Part shown: positions 38,201 through 47,799 of the stretch, piece by piece
Numbering within the stretch: the first letter of the stretch is position 1
Layout of the letters: each line of letters begins with the position of its first letter
Source of the DNA: a virus
Taxonomy: Duplodnaviria; Caudoviricetes
IMG/VR virus record: IMGVR_UViG_3300034062_004597
Location: 1 to 63,541 of that record
DNA length: 63,541 nt
Direction: 5' to 3' (one strand)
Position numbers and translations under genes: made by a program
The notes under the pieces: model-generated
Databases searched by the model: none
The model's input: the letters and a program-made list of their open reading frames with translations, nothing else
Told to the model about the DNA's origin: nothing

Positions 38201-39919
38201 GTCGTTTACGGGAATGAATTAGACACATGGGGATTAGGTACCCCAACCGTAGGCGAACTAAACACATGGCTTTCAGGTATGCAAGTTTTCTTCGCTGTAC
38301 AAGCCAAAGGTTCTAGCACCTATGCTACACAAGCAAAAGTTGTGGATGTGGATAGTATAAAGGTCACTTTGTACTTTGAAGACTACCAGCTTATCGTGCT
38401 GCTGGATGCTAACGGATACATGGTCAATCCAAGGGCTGAGGGCGTCGTAGAGGGCGATGTGGTGACGATTGGGGACTACAATGCCCCCGACACTGTAATG
38501 CGCCGCATTCTCGCTAGCAGAGGCTTTCAAGAAGTTGATCCAACAAAACCATTCTACATGGATTTGGAACCATGCCCTATCGAGCTAGCAGCATCGGTAG
38601 AGCCACTGATAACAACAATTGAAGACGCTCAAACACATTTGGAAGTTTTGGAGTTAATTCGAGGTTATGCTCCGCCTGACTACAGACTGTATGTAGATAA
38701 CACTGGTGTAGTTCGCGGAAGGTTGATCGGTTTGACAGCAGATAGGCCAGTAGATTACGAACTCGATGCGGTAGTCGATATTAACTCTGACACATCAGAC
38801 TTTGGTATTGCTACTCGAATCATTGTTACCGGGCAGTCTACGGATAGAATCAATGTTGGTAAAGGTGTTACGGGTGGTGGTACAGCAGCTATTAGAGCAT
38901 ACCAATTGAACGGATATGCAGATACTAGAACATCTGCTACTGGGAAATCTTTAACGCAGTCTGCAGCAGATGCCTACGTAGCACAAGTTTTTGATGGCAA
39001 CGCTAAAACTCCATTACCAACTGGTGCAAGCTGGAACTACGGATCACCAAGCATCAATAGACACTATGGTGTTATCCTCAGCAAGTTTGGATCACAAGGC
39101 AGCGTTAAGCGTTGGGACTTTTCCAATATTCCTTTGTGCGCTGTAGACATTGGTAGATCGGCAAACGGTACGCAAATTTCTATCGAGGAGTTTGAGATGG
39201 TGCATTTCAACCACTTCTACGAAGTTGGCTCTAACCCTATCAATCAGACAATGAAGATATACTACATGTCTGAATCGGATTACACCGCTGACAATGGCAA
39301 GTTGCCTCCAGAATCGCCAAGCCAGGATAACACTGATTACTTCCCTCGTGCTACGGATAAAGGTTGGAAACTTCTAGTGGATGAATTCACAGTCAAGGAA
39401 GGAGAGAACACAATATCTTCTTCAGACTTCGTGGAGCAAAAACCTGTCAAGGCTAGGTTCATCAGGTTTGATGTTGTGCAAGCACACTTCAGGTATCCAA
39501 TTCAGGGTGGGGATTCAAATGCCTGCGCTCGTGTTGTTTTGTCTGAAATCAAAATCTACACATCACAAAGAATCTATGCAACCGCAGAACTCGGAGTGGA
39601 TGGAGAGTTTGGTACGCCATACTACCGAGAACTCAACACAAGACTTCGACGTAGAACTAGCGTGGAACCAGAGAACCTGTACATTGATACGTACGATAAG
39701 GCTAAGAGCCATGCTGCAAACCTACTTAGGGAAAGATACATTGACTTTACTCCTTACTCTGCTAACGTTTATCACCCATTCGTTTCTGCTGGGGATAGGG
39801 TAAGTTTGATCAACCCTGCTACTGGATTGCGCAAGCGATACTTAGTCATTGCTTCAGCTAGCGTATCTGACCTAAGCACACGTCTGCAACTCGTAGACTA
39901 CGACATCGTGGAGAACTAA
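35249..39919 (+). CDS. large tail tip/hub protein with two LamG-like domains
   Basis: 1556 aa; two LamG/concanavalin-like repeats (WTHVAVT...IYING...VDELATYSKALT.EV). Confidence 0.8.
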   Translation: MISIKDAIESGSGFHVTRRVTRYDVEWGVPTGVVTYRKFIQSLIPAYYYKFKDFTNSGHRTDATLTNPVGAPTLVAAHVDTSDFAAEYNGTKYSQSSASVAETTIRENGYSLVAWFKYTTGKTGDQTIVSKASVAGNPNVNITVGVGNNDFPYLLFASGVRRTLGIKANLSDWNSLIVCVIPSGADWKLSCYLNGVLVYGDVSAAYAPSNSDTSPMYIATARNSGGSFVNKWVGQLDEISLHMFGFNKETAVTIHNLGYQNTYLDPSQEFDTTGVNLSEQTPAQYKDTVLSTSPLDYYKFDALVSGTTVVNEMAGRQSMVFGSGTSAVQTSAINPRAETVTGYSKGLANNAAGTGQVNNFTIGTPTRQGIYGAFSMSMWFKPFAFGSTGGGPLAPINSIFRLFGKRAANPNFEELFSLVERGGYLDVYKGSNQITNTNSAVSQMTVNQWTHVAVTITDDGQLAIYINGTLALTTTNFLIDATYPQYRYSLGPNTNQITGDDCAVDELATYSKALTSGEVSKLFRVGKYGSFYSYTFNGVPIIDGGAPYRLSQSEYSVLQNEEDVTKYVDPSYAVERDISNVIETLTLNIYPGEENPTDVMRKFRANTYIKIEHRLHNVETGYDSGWVSLGHFLSDGVPAESYSAIEGRSVVTVVLRGLMKLLTLDACVDRFEPDKVYYSKMQLTGPQDFGDYLQFEAPDINNPGAPLYNIAPYPKPTIYVTEFSNMGDEANGGPFSANEVIPIKGANGSVRVQGGSGAFQFDSDYFADKFSENGIGNPQKVYAEFHKWVTPQDVDDNVAITSIKFNKDRWYIETSRLQSFADGKTVTFKSGLAKGKRFKAVQYGATNNLVSSGNQGEFGDYRNAARAGSTGSWSASGDAWRWAFNVPSGASVINSSFLNAYTFTLPNLLTSLTVDDVPRTAKLKGIEVTVRRKTDVGSSTDSDANRPVSDLEVRISKNGTQAVPAWSANRARPGQWIASTDYLDVVYGNELDTWGLGTPTVGELNTWLSGMQVFFAVQAKGSSTYATQAKVVDVDSIKVTLYFEDYQLIVLLDANGYMVNPRAEGVVEGDVVTIGDYNAPDTVMRRILASRGFQEVDPTKPFYMDLEPCPIELAASVEPLITTIEDAQTHLEVLELIRGYAPPDYRLYVDNTGVVRGRLIGLTADRPVDYELDAVVDINSDTSDFGIATRIIVTGQSTDRINVGKGVTGGGTAAIRAYQLNGYADTRTSATGKSLTQSAADAYVAQVFDGNAKTPLPTGASWNYGSPSINRHYGVILSKFGSQGSVKRWDFSNIPLCAVDIGRSANGTQISIEEFEMVHFNHFYEVGSNPINQTMKIYYMSESDYTADNGKLPPESPSQDNTDYFPRATDKGWKLLVDEFTVKEGENTISSSDFVEQKPVKARFIRFDVVQAHFRYPIQGGDSNACARVVLSEIKIYTSQRIYATAELGVDGEFGTPYYRELNTRLRRRTSVEPENLYIDTYDKAKSHAANLLRERYIDFTPYSANVYHPFVSAGDRVSLINPATGLRKRYLVIASASVSDLSTRLQLVDYDIVEN

Positions 39920-39920
39920 C

Positions 39921-40511
39921 ATGACAAAAGTAATTGAAAGTGTTGTAGTAAATACCGCCAGCATTAAGCCTGGTGACAACGTTCAGCTAACCGTTACTAT
40001 GAACGAGGTTGGTGCAGTTACGCTAACCACTGATTGTGACAATGCACTATGTACATGTCCAGCTACGGTTTCTGTTCTTGGTGGAGCTTCAACGGTTACA
40101 TTCAATGTAGCGGTTGGATCGAGTGTTGCTCCTGGTGAAAAGATCAAAGTCAGAGTAAGATGCCACACACAAATCTACACAGCGATATTTAAGGTAGGGT
40201 ACAATGTCCTAGGCCCACTTACGGCTAGTCCAAACATTGTTCTCGGTGGTAGCACCGGGCCTGTGCTGGTTACGGTAAGATTACAGAACGATGCTCCGCT
40301 TGGTGGATGTGAGATTGAATTCTCGCAAGATTCCGGGCCAGCATTTGGATTCTCAAATGTTCCAGCAAGGGTATTTATCCCAGAGGGTGATGATGCGGTA
40401 CAATTTTATTTGAACCACATGAGAGTCACTAGAAACGTAGGCGTCACACTTTACGCACGATATGCAGGTTCAGAAAGCACAGCTTTCGTGACAATACTTC
40501 CAGCACCATGA
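39921..40511 (+). CDS. tandem Ig-like domain protein
   Basis: Two repeats ending P..V.V..G...V.F. Confidence 0.65.
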   Translation: MTKVIESVVVNTASIKPGDNVQLTVTMNEVGAVTLTTDCDNALCTCPATVSVLGGASTVTFNVAVGSSVAPGEKIKVRVRCHTQIYTAIFKVGYNVLGPLTASPNIVLGGSTGPVLVTVRLQNDAPLGGCEIEFSQDSGPAFGFSNVPARVFIPEGDDAVQFYLNHMRVTRNVGVTLYARYAGSESTAFVTILPAP

Positions 40512-40939
40512 TAAGAAAAACAGGAGAGAACGAAAGAAGAATTATTGAGCGACTTGCCAAAAAGATCGTCAATAATATTCAACGACAACAATCTTACAGG
40601 GATTTGCGAAAGCTGAATCCGGTAGATGATTTTGTATTTCAAGATAGTGCAAACACTGCGTTTGGCAGACCTATAACTGTGATACCTACTACCAGAACTC
40701 AAGTGGCTATTGTTGCAGGTACAGTCGCAGACGACAGCCCTGAAAAAGAAAAAGTTACATTACTTCTCGAAGACGAAATCATTGTTCGAGGTGGGCCAGA
40801 AATTCCAGTGAACAAGGTTGCTTACAATACAGATGTTATCAACGCACATGCCCCAATTTTCTTCGTAGAAGACCCTGACTTCGATGCAGCAATCGTAATT
40901 TCTCCAACAAACAGTGCCTATTTCTGGCATAATAACTGA
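40508..40939 (+). CDS. hypothetical (likely virion) protein
   Basis: Coupled ORF at the end of the tail module. Confidence 0.6.
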   Translation: MIRKTGENERRIIERLAKKIVNNIQRQQSYRDLRKLNPVDDFVFQDSANTAFGRPITVIPTTRTQVAIVAGTVADDSPEKEKVTLLLEDEIIVRGGPEIPVNKVAYNTDVINAHAPIFFVEDPDFDAAIVISPTNSAYFWHNN

Positions 40940-40941
40940 AA

Positions 40942-41298
40942 ATGAGCTATCAACACGCACAAGTAAAACAACTTTTCACAGGGGCAATCGGAATTACTCC
41001 TGTAGAAATATACACCGTTCCAGCAGACCAGCAGGCAATCGTGGGGTCATTCATCGTACACGTAAACCCTGATGCTGGGGCTACCGTCACGTTTGAGTTA
41101 TGGTTGGTTAAGGTAGGGGATGCTGGAGTGGACGACTCAAATAGGGTTATGAGGCGAGTACGAACTGTGGACACAGATGTTGAGTTGATTAGCAAGCCTT
41201 GGGTACTAGAAGAAGGACAAAGTTTGTACGCTAAGAGCAGCATCGAGGGTGGTGCAACTTTGGTAGTATCCGGTTCTACGGTGGTTAATGTCGTATAG
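40942..41298 (+). CDS. small beta-rich virion-type protein
   Basis: IYTVPA...VLEEGQSLYA...SG pattern. Confidence 0.6.
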   Translation: MSYQHAQVKQLFTGAIGITPVEIYTVPADQQAIVGSFIVHVNPDAGATVTFELWLVKVGDAGVDDSNRVMRRVRTVDTDVELISKPWVLEEGQSLYAKSSIEGGATLVVSGSTVVNVV

Positions 41299-42721
41299 GC
41301 TATCCATACGAGGAACTTACGCGAAACTAACAGGTGATCTTACGCTCGAAGAGCATATAAGACTCGCTGATAGCTTGGCATATTACCCTGGAGATAATCT
41401 TGGCGATTGTTTCCAGATGTACTCGAACGGAGTTTGCTACCGTGGTGTAGTAGATGATTTGCTAGTTCTCCTAAAGCGCGAAGGCATTGTACCAGAGATT
41501 GATGACTCCAGTACAAAGGTACGCAACCCTGACAAACACACATTCCTACGAGAAGATGTATTCCCAGAAAACCTAGAATCAGTTGATAAGATGTCCGAAG
41601 CGGGGTTTGGTGTGCTGGTTGCCCCTCCTGGCAGCGGTAAGACTGTGTGTATGGCTGGAATCACCTGTGCCTACGGTGTGAAGACGGCTATCGTTGTTCA
41701 GCAAAGAGAAGTCATGGATCAGGCTCTGGATGCCTTCAAGAACTTTACAGACATCAAAAATGTTGGAGTTCTCGGCAATGGTAAGAAAGACTTGCAAGAT
41801 GTTACAGTTGTAACGATCCAAACCTTGAACAAGAAACTCGGAGTCGATAAGGAGATAACCGATTGGTGGATGTCCGTGGAATGCGTAATCATTGATGAAT
41901 GCCATCACGGTGTGGCAGACAGCTATCTGAAGGCAATCCAACACGCAAAGGCTTCGAGATTCTTCCACGGCGTTACAGCTACATACCGAAGAGACTGTGA
42001 ACTTGACTACGCACTAAACAAGCTATTCGGCCCGGTGGTACACTCGATTCAGTACAAGACTCAAATTGACTTGGGAACCATTGTACCTACTACGTTCTTC
42101 TTTGATCCCGTGAAACCTAAGAACTACGGTTTCACATCAGATGGCTCCAACCAAAATAGATCACAAAACAAAAGACTGCAGGAAATGCAGCAAGTCTACA
42201 GGGACTACATTGTGAATGGATCAACTGGTAGGAATAAGCAGATATTGAAATTTGTGGAAGCGTGTCGAGAAAACAATCGAACGGTGGTTTGTGTGGTCAA
42301 GGTAATTGAACATGCCGAAGTGCTGGCGAAGATTATACCTGACTCAGTTATACTTCACGGAAAGACTCCAGCAAAGCTAAGGGAACAAATCTTAGATCAA
42401 CTGAAACATAGGGAGATAGATTGTGTCATCAGTACACTCTTCGATGAGGCTGTAAACATTCCTTCCTTGGATGCTGTGGCTCTTGTAGCTGGCGGTAAGA
42501 GTACAGTTAAGGCAGAGCAGCGACTTCGTGCAACCAGATCGTGTGACAAGGTTCTTCGCACGGGCAGGTATACTAAGACTAGAGGATTCGTGTATTACCC
42601 AATTGACCGTGCTGACTATTTGATCGGACATTCGACTTCGACAAAAGCATTCTACAAAGGAATCGCTGCCCAGCACCCCGATAATAAAGTGGTAGAATTA
42701 CCAGACACACACAACAGATGA
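41288..42721 (+). CDS. SF2 DExH helicase (ResIII/UvsW-like)
   Basis: APPGSGKT, IIDECHH, TAT, EAVNIP. Confidence 0.9.
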   Translation: MSYRLSIRGTYAKLTGDLTLEEHIRLADSLAYYPGDNLGDCFQMYSNGVCYRGVVDDLLVLLKREGIVPEIDDSSTKVRNPDKHTFLREDVFPENLESVDKMSEAGFGVLVAPPGSGKTVCMAGITCAYGVKTAIVVQQREVMDQALDAFKNFTDIKNVGVLGNGKKDLQDVTVVTIQTLNKKLGVDKEITDWWMSVECVIIDECHHGVADSYLKAIQHAKASRFFHGVTATYRRDCELDYALNKLFGPVVHSIQYKTQIDLGTIVPTTFFFDPVKPKNYGFTSDGSNQNRSQNKRLQEMQQVYRDYIVNGSTGRNKQILKFVEACRENNRTVVCVVKVIEHAEVLAKIIPDSVILHGKTPAKLREQILDQLKHREIDCVISTLFDEAVNIPSLDAVALVAGGKSTVKAEQRLRATRSCDKVLRTGRYTKTRGFVYYPIDRADYLIGHSTSTKAFYKGIAAQHPDNKVVELPDTHNR

Positions 42722-43116
42722 AATTAAACTCTAAATCAGTTTTCGCAAGATGGTACGCATGGTACAGTGGCTCCACTGGTATTCCGATGGACAACTTGAT
42801 GCGTGGGAGTGTTGCTGCTAGGTACAAGACCTTCAACACAAAAGTCCTAATCATCAAAAGTGCATACGGATACGACAACACTGATCTGTACCATTTGATA
42901 GATTATCACTACATTGTTAATCCGCTTGGAGTTAAAGAACCTAAGCAGATGGGCAACCTAGAACTTCTGATGTATGCGGCTAGACCTTTCGAGGAGTGGA
43001 AGAAGCAGAACAAGACTCTGATCGAGATGTATGGAATTTCCGAAACACTCAGAAAGTTAAATGAAGCAACGTCATTGGATGAGGACTACGCCAAGCTGTT
43101 AGCGGAGATTTCCTAG
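42718..43116 (+). CDS. hypothetical protein
   Basis: Coupled 132-aa ORF. Confidence 0.65.
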   Translation: MKLNSKSVFARWYAWYSGSTGIPMDNLMRGSVAARYKTFNTKVLIIKSAYGYDNTDLYHLIDYHYIVNPLGVKEPKQMGNLELLMYAARPFEEWKKQNKTLIEMYGISETLRKLNEATSLDEDYAKLLAEIS

Positions 43117-43865
43117 TGTTTGATTCATGCGACCTCGAAGAGCTTCTTAGTGCTGAGCCAGAAGAAGTTAGGGAAGAGCTTTTCAACAAGATTAGTTTGG
43201 AGACTCTGCGGGAAGCTGATAAGCTGTGTGCAAGATGCTGTGAACTTTCTGACTCAGAAATGTTATGCTCTGGGATACGGTCAAGACTAAACAGGCAGAA
43301 ATGGGATTCTCTGAAGCAAGCCTATTTGTATCCATCGGCCTGCCACAAACGTAACCAGAAAGATGCTGCAGGCATGTTGAATGATAGACTTGCAACATCT
43401 GGAATACCTGCTAGCTTCTATCAAGAATGCCCACACTACGAAGCATTGTCGGTTGATCTTTCGTCTGGTATAATTTTAGCAGGAGAACGGAAGCCGTCAT
43501 TCCTGCAAGCAGAATTTAGCCTATCGAACACCAAATACATGTGGGGAGTAGCTGTACACGCCGTACGTGCAAACTACACGGTAAGGTACATCGTACCAAG
43601 TGTTCTGCTTGCATCTGGATATGTTTCAGACGAAGAGTTGAGCGGTATTACGGAAGGTTATGATTTATTGATATTGGATAGGGTTAACAGTGTTGATGGT
43701 AAGCCAACTCAGAAAGAAAAGTTGTTTAATGCTATCCTAGATAGGATCGCTGCCCGTAAGCCTGTAATTGCTACTCTGACCAGTGGTGCAACACAAACGC
43801 ACACTGGTTCAGAAGACTTGTTGGTTAAAGAAGTAGCAAGTTGGAGTTTGTTAAGGAATGATTGA
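43116..43865 (+). CDS. degenerate DnaC/IstB-like helicase loader
   Basis: SGIP, GIILAG, DLLILD, LFNAILDR...KPVI.T; precedes DnaB; no GKT. Confidence 0.6.
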   Translation: MFDSCDLEELLSAEPEEVREELFNKISLETLREADKLCARCCELSDSEMLCSGIRSRLNRQKWDSLKQAYLYPSACHKRNQKDAAGMLNDRLATSGIPASFYQECPHYEALSVDLSSGIILAGERKPSFLQAEFSLSNTKYMWGVAVHAVRANYTVRYIVPSVLLASGYVSDEELSGITEGYDLLILDRVNSVDGKPTQKEKLFNAILDRIAARKPVIATLTSGATQTHTGSEDLLVKEVASWSLLRND

Positions 43866-45342
43866 AGAAAGCAAAGCCAGGTTACTATATCTTCTCATGC
43901 GAGTAAGTCCAGATTGCGACAGCACAATCGCGGCAAGAAAGATATTCGGAAGTGAAGTAAGCACGGTTTGGTTTGCTGACTATAGTTTTGACCGACAAGC
44001 ATTTGACGTTTCAAACGCTGCCTCTATTGTTTTCGATGTTTGCAAAGCGTACTTTGATGCTTTCGGTAGATTGGCAAGTCCTGAAATCATTAACCTTGAG
44101 GTGCAGAAACTTTCTGCGATTGACATTGTTAAGAAACAAAAGGTTAGCGATTTAATAGCTTTCATTATCGAGCTTGATGTAGCTCCAGACGAAGTTGACT
44201 ACCTGAAAATGCAGGTAAGGGAATCTTATACCAGGTCTTCTCTTACGCAGTTCAGTCAGAAGTTGCTGTCCAACATGGGAGATAGCCCTGTTGCCGCGCT
44301 GAAGCAAGCCACACGCGATATAATCCATCTAAGCACTTCGGTATCGAGCAACCACACTAAAGGCTCTGAAACGCTCTGGCTTGGCGACATGATCGACAAC
44401 TACCGGGCTAAGCTATTGGAGGGTAAACCATTCATCGAAAACATGGTTCCGTTTCCTTTCCAATCTTGGAATAGGACTCTTGGGGGTATGCGGCCTGGTG
44501 AGTTAGTTGTTCTTGCAGCAAGTCACAACGTTGGTAAGTCATTCTTACTCCACGAAATTGCTTGGTATGCGAGTCAAGCTGGATACGCTACTGTTTGCGC
44601 AGAATTAGAAATGCTTAACGGCCCATTGATGCAGCGATTAGCGTCTAGCATGAGCGGCGTACCGTCTAGGAAGATAGAAGCTATGGCACTCACGGAAGTT
44701 GAAATGAAACTTCTTGACGCATCAATGCTCAGAATTCGCGCTAGTGAACAATCGAAGAAGATGCTTTTCGTACAGAATAGCAGGTGTGCAACTCCTACAC
44801 TTCTTCGTGCTGAAATCGAGCAGGCATTCGGTGATGATTCTCCTCGGCTAGTGATGATTGACTACTTCGATAAGATGAGGCCAAGCAAGTCAAAGTTTAA
44901 TGACAGCACCGCTGCCCAGTCAGACCTGTGCGATGAACTCGTTGACAACATCGGCAAGTATTTTGAGGTTCCAGTTCTCACAGCAGTCCACTTGAATCGG
45001 CAGGATAAAGTACAATACCAATTCATGGACAGAAAGGCAGACATCATTTTGGTTGGTGAGTTCGACGATGCGCACCCGTACGTTCCGCCTAGCAACAAAG
45101 ATGATGACTGGATCGGTAGACCGGGTAAGCTGGACTGGAAGGTGACTCGAAACAGAAACGGTGTGAAGAGCAAAGAAATCGTATTGTCTCTGGCTATGGA
45201 GTTCGCAACGTCATCTGTTACAGAATGGTACGGAACTACTTCAGCGGCACCGATACCTTCCGCTGACAGAAAAGAAAGTAGTACAATATTTGGGTCAGTT
45301 GATCTGGAACCAAGTGACGATCATATTCAGTTTGAAGACTAA
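43858..45342 (+). CDS. dnaB: DnaB-like replicative helicase
   Basis: GGMRPGEL, VGKS, ELEM, IDY, HLNR, AD, RNRNG. Confidence 0.9.
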   Translation: MIEESKARLLYLLMRVSPDCDSTIAARKIFGSEVSTVWFADYSFDRQAFDVSNAASIVFDVCKAYFDAFGRLASPEIINLEVQKLSAIDIVKKQKVSDLIAFIIELDVAPDEVDYLKMQVRESYTRSSLTQFSQKLLSNMGDSPVAALKQATRDIIHLSTSVSSNHTKGSETLWLGDMIDNYRAKLLEGKPFIENMVPFPFQSWNRTLGGMRPGELVVLAASHNVGKSFLLHEIAWYASQAGYATVCAELEMLNGPLMQRLASSMSGVPSRKIEAMALTEVEMKLLDASMLRIRASEQSKKMLFVQNSRCATPTLLRAEIEQAFGDDSPRLVMIDYFDKMRPSKSKFNDSTAAQSDLCDELVDNIGKYFEVPVLTAVHLNRQDKVQYQFMDRKADIILVGEFDDAHPYVPPSNKDDDWIGRPGKLDWKVTRNRNGVKSKEIVLSLAMEFATSSVTEWYGTTSAAPIPSADRKESSTIFGSVDLEPSDDHIQFED

Positions 45343-45842
45343 TGCCATACGTTAAGAGAGACATTTTAGAAGTTTTTGAGAAGATACTTCCTGAAGTGGA
45401 ATTGGTATACAGTGAATCTGATAAACCATTTTACACAGGCAAGTGTCCATTTCACAATGACAGGAATCCAAGTTTTGTAATATTCCCGTTAACGCAGAAG
45501 TGGATTTGTTATTCTTGTCATCCTGAGTGGGGTGATGTAATTGATTTGGTTCGCACAAGATACGGTTGCGGATTTGTCGAAGCACAAAGAATAGCCTGCA
45601 CCGAAGTCGCTAATGAGACATTCCTGTTTCAGACTTTGATGGATACAGCAAGGAAAGCAGAGAAGCAATCAACACCATACAGTGAAAGCCATGTATTAGA
45701 AATTATTGATAGGATTAGAGATTTACAAAAGAAGAAGCCAAGGGTTCTACGGGACAACCTGGCAAAGTTTGACATTCTGTTTAAGCAGGGCGCATACATG
45801 ACCATTGAACAATTTATTAGGAAACTCGAAAATGATAATTGA
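45342..45842 (+). CDS. stand-alone primase CHC2 zinc-binding domain protein
   Basis: CPFHNDRNPSF...CYSC...GDVID. Confidence 0.85.
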   Translation: MPYVKRDILEVFEKILPEVELVYSESDKPFYTGKCPFHNDRNPSFVIFPLTQKWICYSCHPEWGDVIDLVRTRYGCGFVEAQRIACTEVANETFLFQTLMDTARKAEKQSTPYSESHVLEIIDRIRDLQKKKPRVLRDNLAKFDILFKQGAYMTIEQFIRKLENDN

Positions 45843-47799
45843 TAGAAAATACACAGGATTCCCAGAAGGGAGAGAACTAAATGAGATGCAGGAACTATTG
45901 GTTCCGTACATCGAAGACAGCAGCTACAATCTGGTAATCGGATCACCAACGGGGAGCGGTAAGTCTACAGCACTAACCATGTTTGGACACCAGCACTTAG
46001 AGCGTGGCAAGTCAGTGGTGTATGTCGGTATCACTAAGGCACTTGTGGATGAGAAGCTGGAATCTGTTTCCGAGGAAGGACATCCCTGGGCTGAGTATCC
46101 TATGTTTACTTTGACTGGAGATTTTGTTCTGGATGATGCAGCCGTTAGAGAATTGCAGAAAGCAAAGATCATTATGGCTACACCTGAATCGCTTTTGGCT
46201 AGGTTGCGCAACCACACGTCTGACAAATCGAAATTCCTCGATAACATTGGCCTGGTAGTTTGGGATGAAATTCACTTGGTAGCTGAAGAAAGCCGTGGCG
46301 GTAACTACGAGATTGCTGTAGCAGAACTCGCAAGTCACTATCCAGAGATTCAACATGTTGCGTTATCTGGAACTATCCCAAACGCAAATGAATTTCAAGC
46401 ATGGTTCGATAACATTGGTAACAAACCTTGTAAGTTAATTCTCAGCGACTACCGAGCAGTTCCAGTTGAAACCAAGTTCGTAGTTTACTCTCCGCTCAGT
46501 GGTAAGGTCAACGATGTTGAATCTGCAAAGATCGTGGAGATTAAGAAGCTAGTGAGTTCTAAGCCCGATGAGAAGTGGATGATCTGTGTGTTTAAGAAAG
46601 CATTCGGTAAGGCTATCCATAAGGAACTACAAGAAGCTGGATACAACTTTGCCCTGCACAATGCTGACCTCGATAGAACAACCAGAAAGGATGTTGAGAG
46701 AGCGATCCGAAATAAGAGCTATGACGGTGTGATCTGCACACAGACGCTTATGACTGGTGTAAACATGCCAACACCCAATTTGATCTTGACGGCCCTAGAA
46801 GTCGCTCAGAAGCCCGTTCCGGTGTATACCTTGCACCAGGCAATGGGTAGAGCAGGTCGAAAAGGACTCGATGAAGCTGGCTACTGTTATCTGCTAACCA
46901 ACTCTGGTAACTACAACTTCCACAGGGATCGTCTAGCTCAAGGTGAACGAATTGTTTCTACATTGCACGAACCATCAATTCTGGCTACTCACTTCCTAGG
47001 AGCAATTCACATGGGTACGATCAAGCATGAGAATGATATTGAAGTGTGGTTTGAGAGGACATTCCTTTACGCACAGAATAGGATACTAAAGGTTGACGAC
47101 TTCAACGCTTCGGATGTTAGATCAAAGTTGTTACTTCACATGAGAGCTTGCGGCATGATTGGTGCTAAAGACCCTAAAGGTTGGTTGACTCTTACGAATC
47201 GTGGTAAAATCTCAGTACAGCAAATGGTAGACCCCTATCACTTTGCAGATATTTTGAAGAACTTTAAGACCTATCTATCACTTGCAAGTCCGACAGACGT
47301 TGATCTGGCTATGGCATTCTCGTGTTGCAGTGCGTACAGAGCTTCGTATATCGGTAAGGATCAGAAGAGAAATGCTCCGCCTGAATTGGTTGGTAGATGC
47401 CCAGACGAATATCTTGCACACGCTTCTGCAACTTATGCCAGGTTAAAAGGTAAAGACCCGTTGTACTACTTCACAACAGCAAACTTCCAAGTGTGGCAAG
47501 ACTCCATGCGAATTGGCGAGGCAGTTGTGAGAGCTTCTAAGGAAAGCGAGAAGTGGTATGAGCAGGACGATTCCTTGCTGAGAGCTTTGTTCGTACGCAT
47601 TCAAATGAAACTTGGAATGAGCGAGGCTATCTTGAAGTCGCACAAACTGACTGCGAAGGAAGCCAAAAAGCTAGTAGCGGAAGGGTATAATACCATTGAA
47701 GCAGTGAAGGACAACAAATCAGAGGCCGCAAAGATACTTGGAAAATCAAGCACATCGAGTAGGTTAGCTGATCTTGGATTGCTTCTCGGAGACGAATGA
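45832..47799 (+). CDS. Ski2/Hel308-like SF2 helicase
   Basis: PTGSGKS, TPE, DEIHL...RG..E, LSGT..NA, GVNMP, QAMGRAGR.G.D. Confidence 0.9.
   Translation: MIIDRKYTGFPEGRELNEMQELLVPYIEDSSYNLVIGSPTGSGKSTALTMFGHQHLERGKSVVYVGITKALVDEKLESVSEEGHPWAEYPMFTLTGDFVLDDAAVRELQKAKIIMATPESLLARLRNHTSDKSKFLDNIGLVVWDEIHLVAEESRGGNYEIAVAELASHYPEIQHVALSGTIPNANEFQAWFDNIGNKPCKLILSDYRAVPVETKFVVYSPLSGKVNDVESAKIVEIKKLVSSKPDEKWMICVFKKAFGKAIHKELQEAGYNFALHNADLDRTTRKDVERAIRNKSYDGVICTQTLMTGVNMPTPNLILTALEVAQKPVPVYTLHQAMGRAGRKGLDEAGYCYLLTNSGNYNFHRDRLAQGERIVSTLHEPSILATHFLGAIHMGTIKHENDIEVWFERTFLYAQNRILKVDDFNASDVRSKLLLHMRACGMIGAKDPKGWLTLTNRGKISVQQMVDPYHFADILKNFKTYLSLASPTDVDLAMAFSCCSAYRASYIGKDQKRNAPPELVGRCPDEYLAHASATYARLKGKDPLYYFTTANFQVWQDSMRIGEAVVRASKESEKWYEQDDSLLRALFVRIQMKLGMSEAILKSHKLTAKEAKKLVAEGYNTIEAVKDNKSEAAKILGKSSTSSRLADLGLLLGDE

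Noticed and set aside
32233-41298. Diversity-generating retroelement or invertible tail-fibre cassette
   Set aside because: No reverse transcriptase, invertase or nucleotide-level template/variable repeats seen
35088-43474. GGTATAAT copies at 35088 and 43467 as promoters
   Set aside because: Both are inside CDS (Gly-Ile-Ile codons) and not close to a start; may be chance
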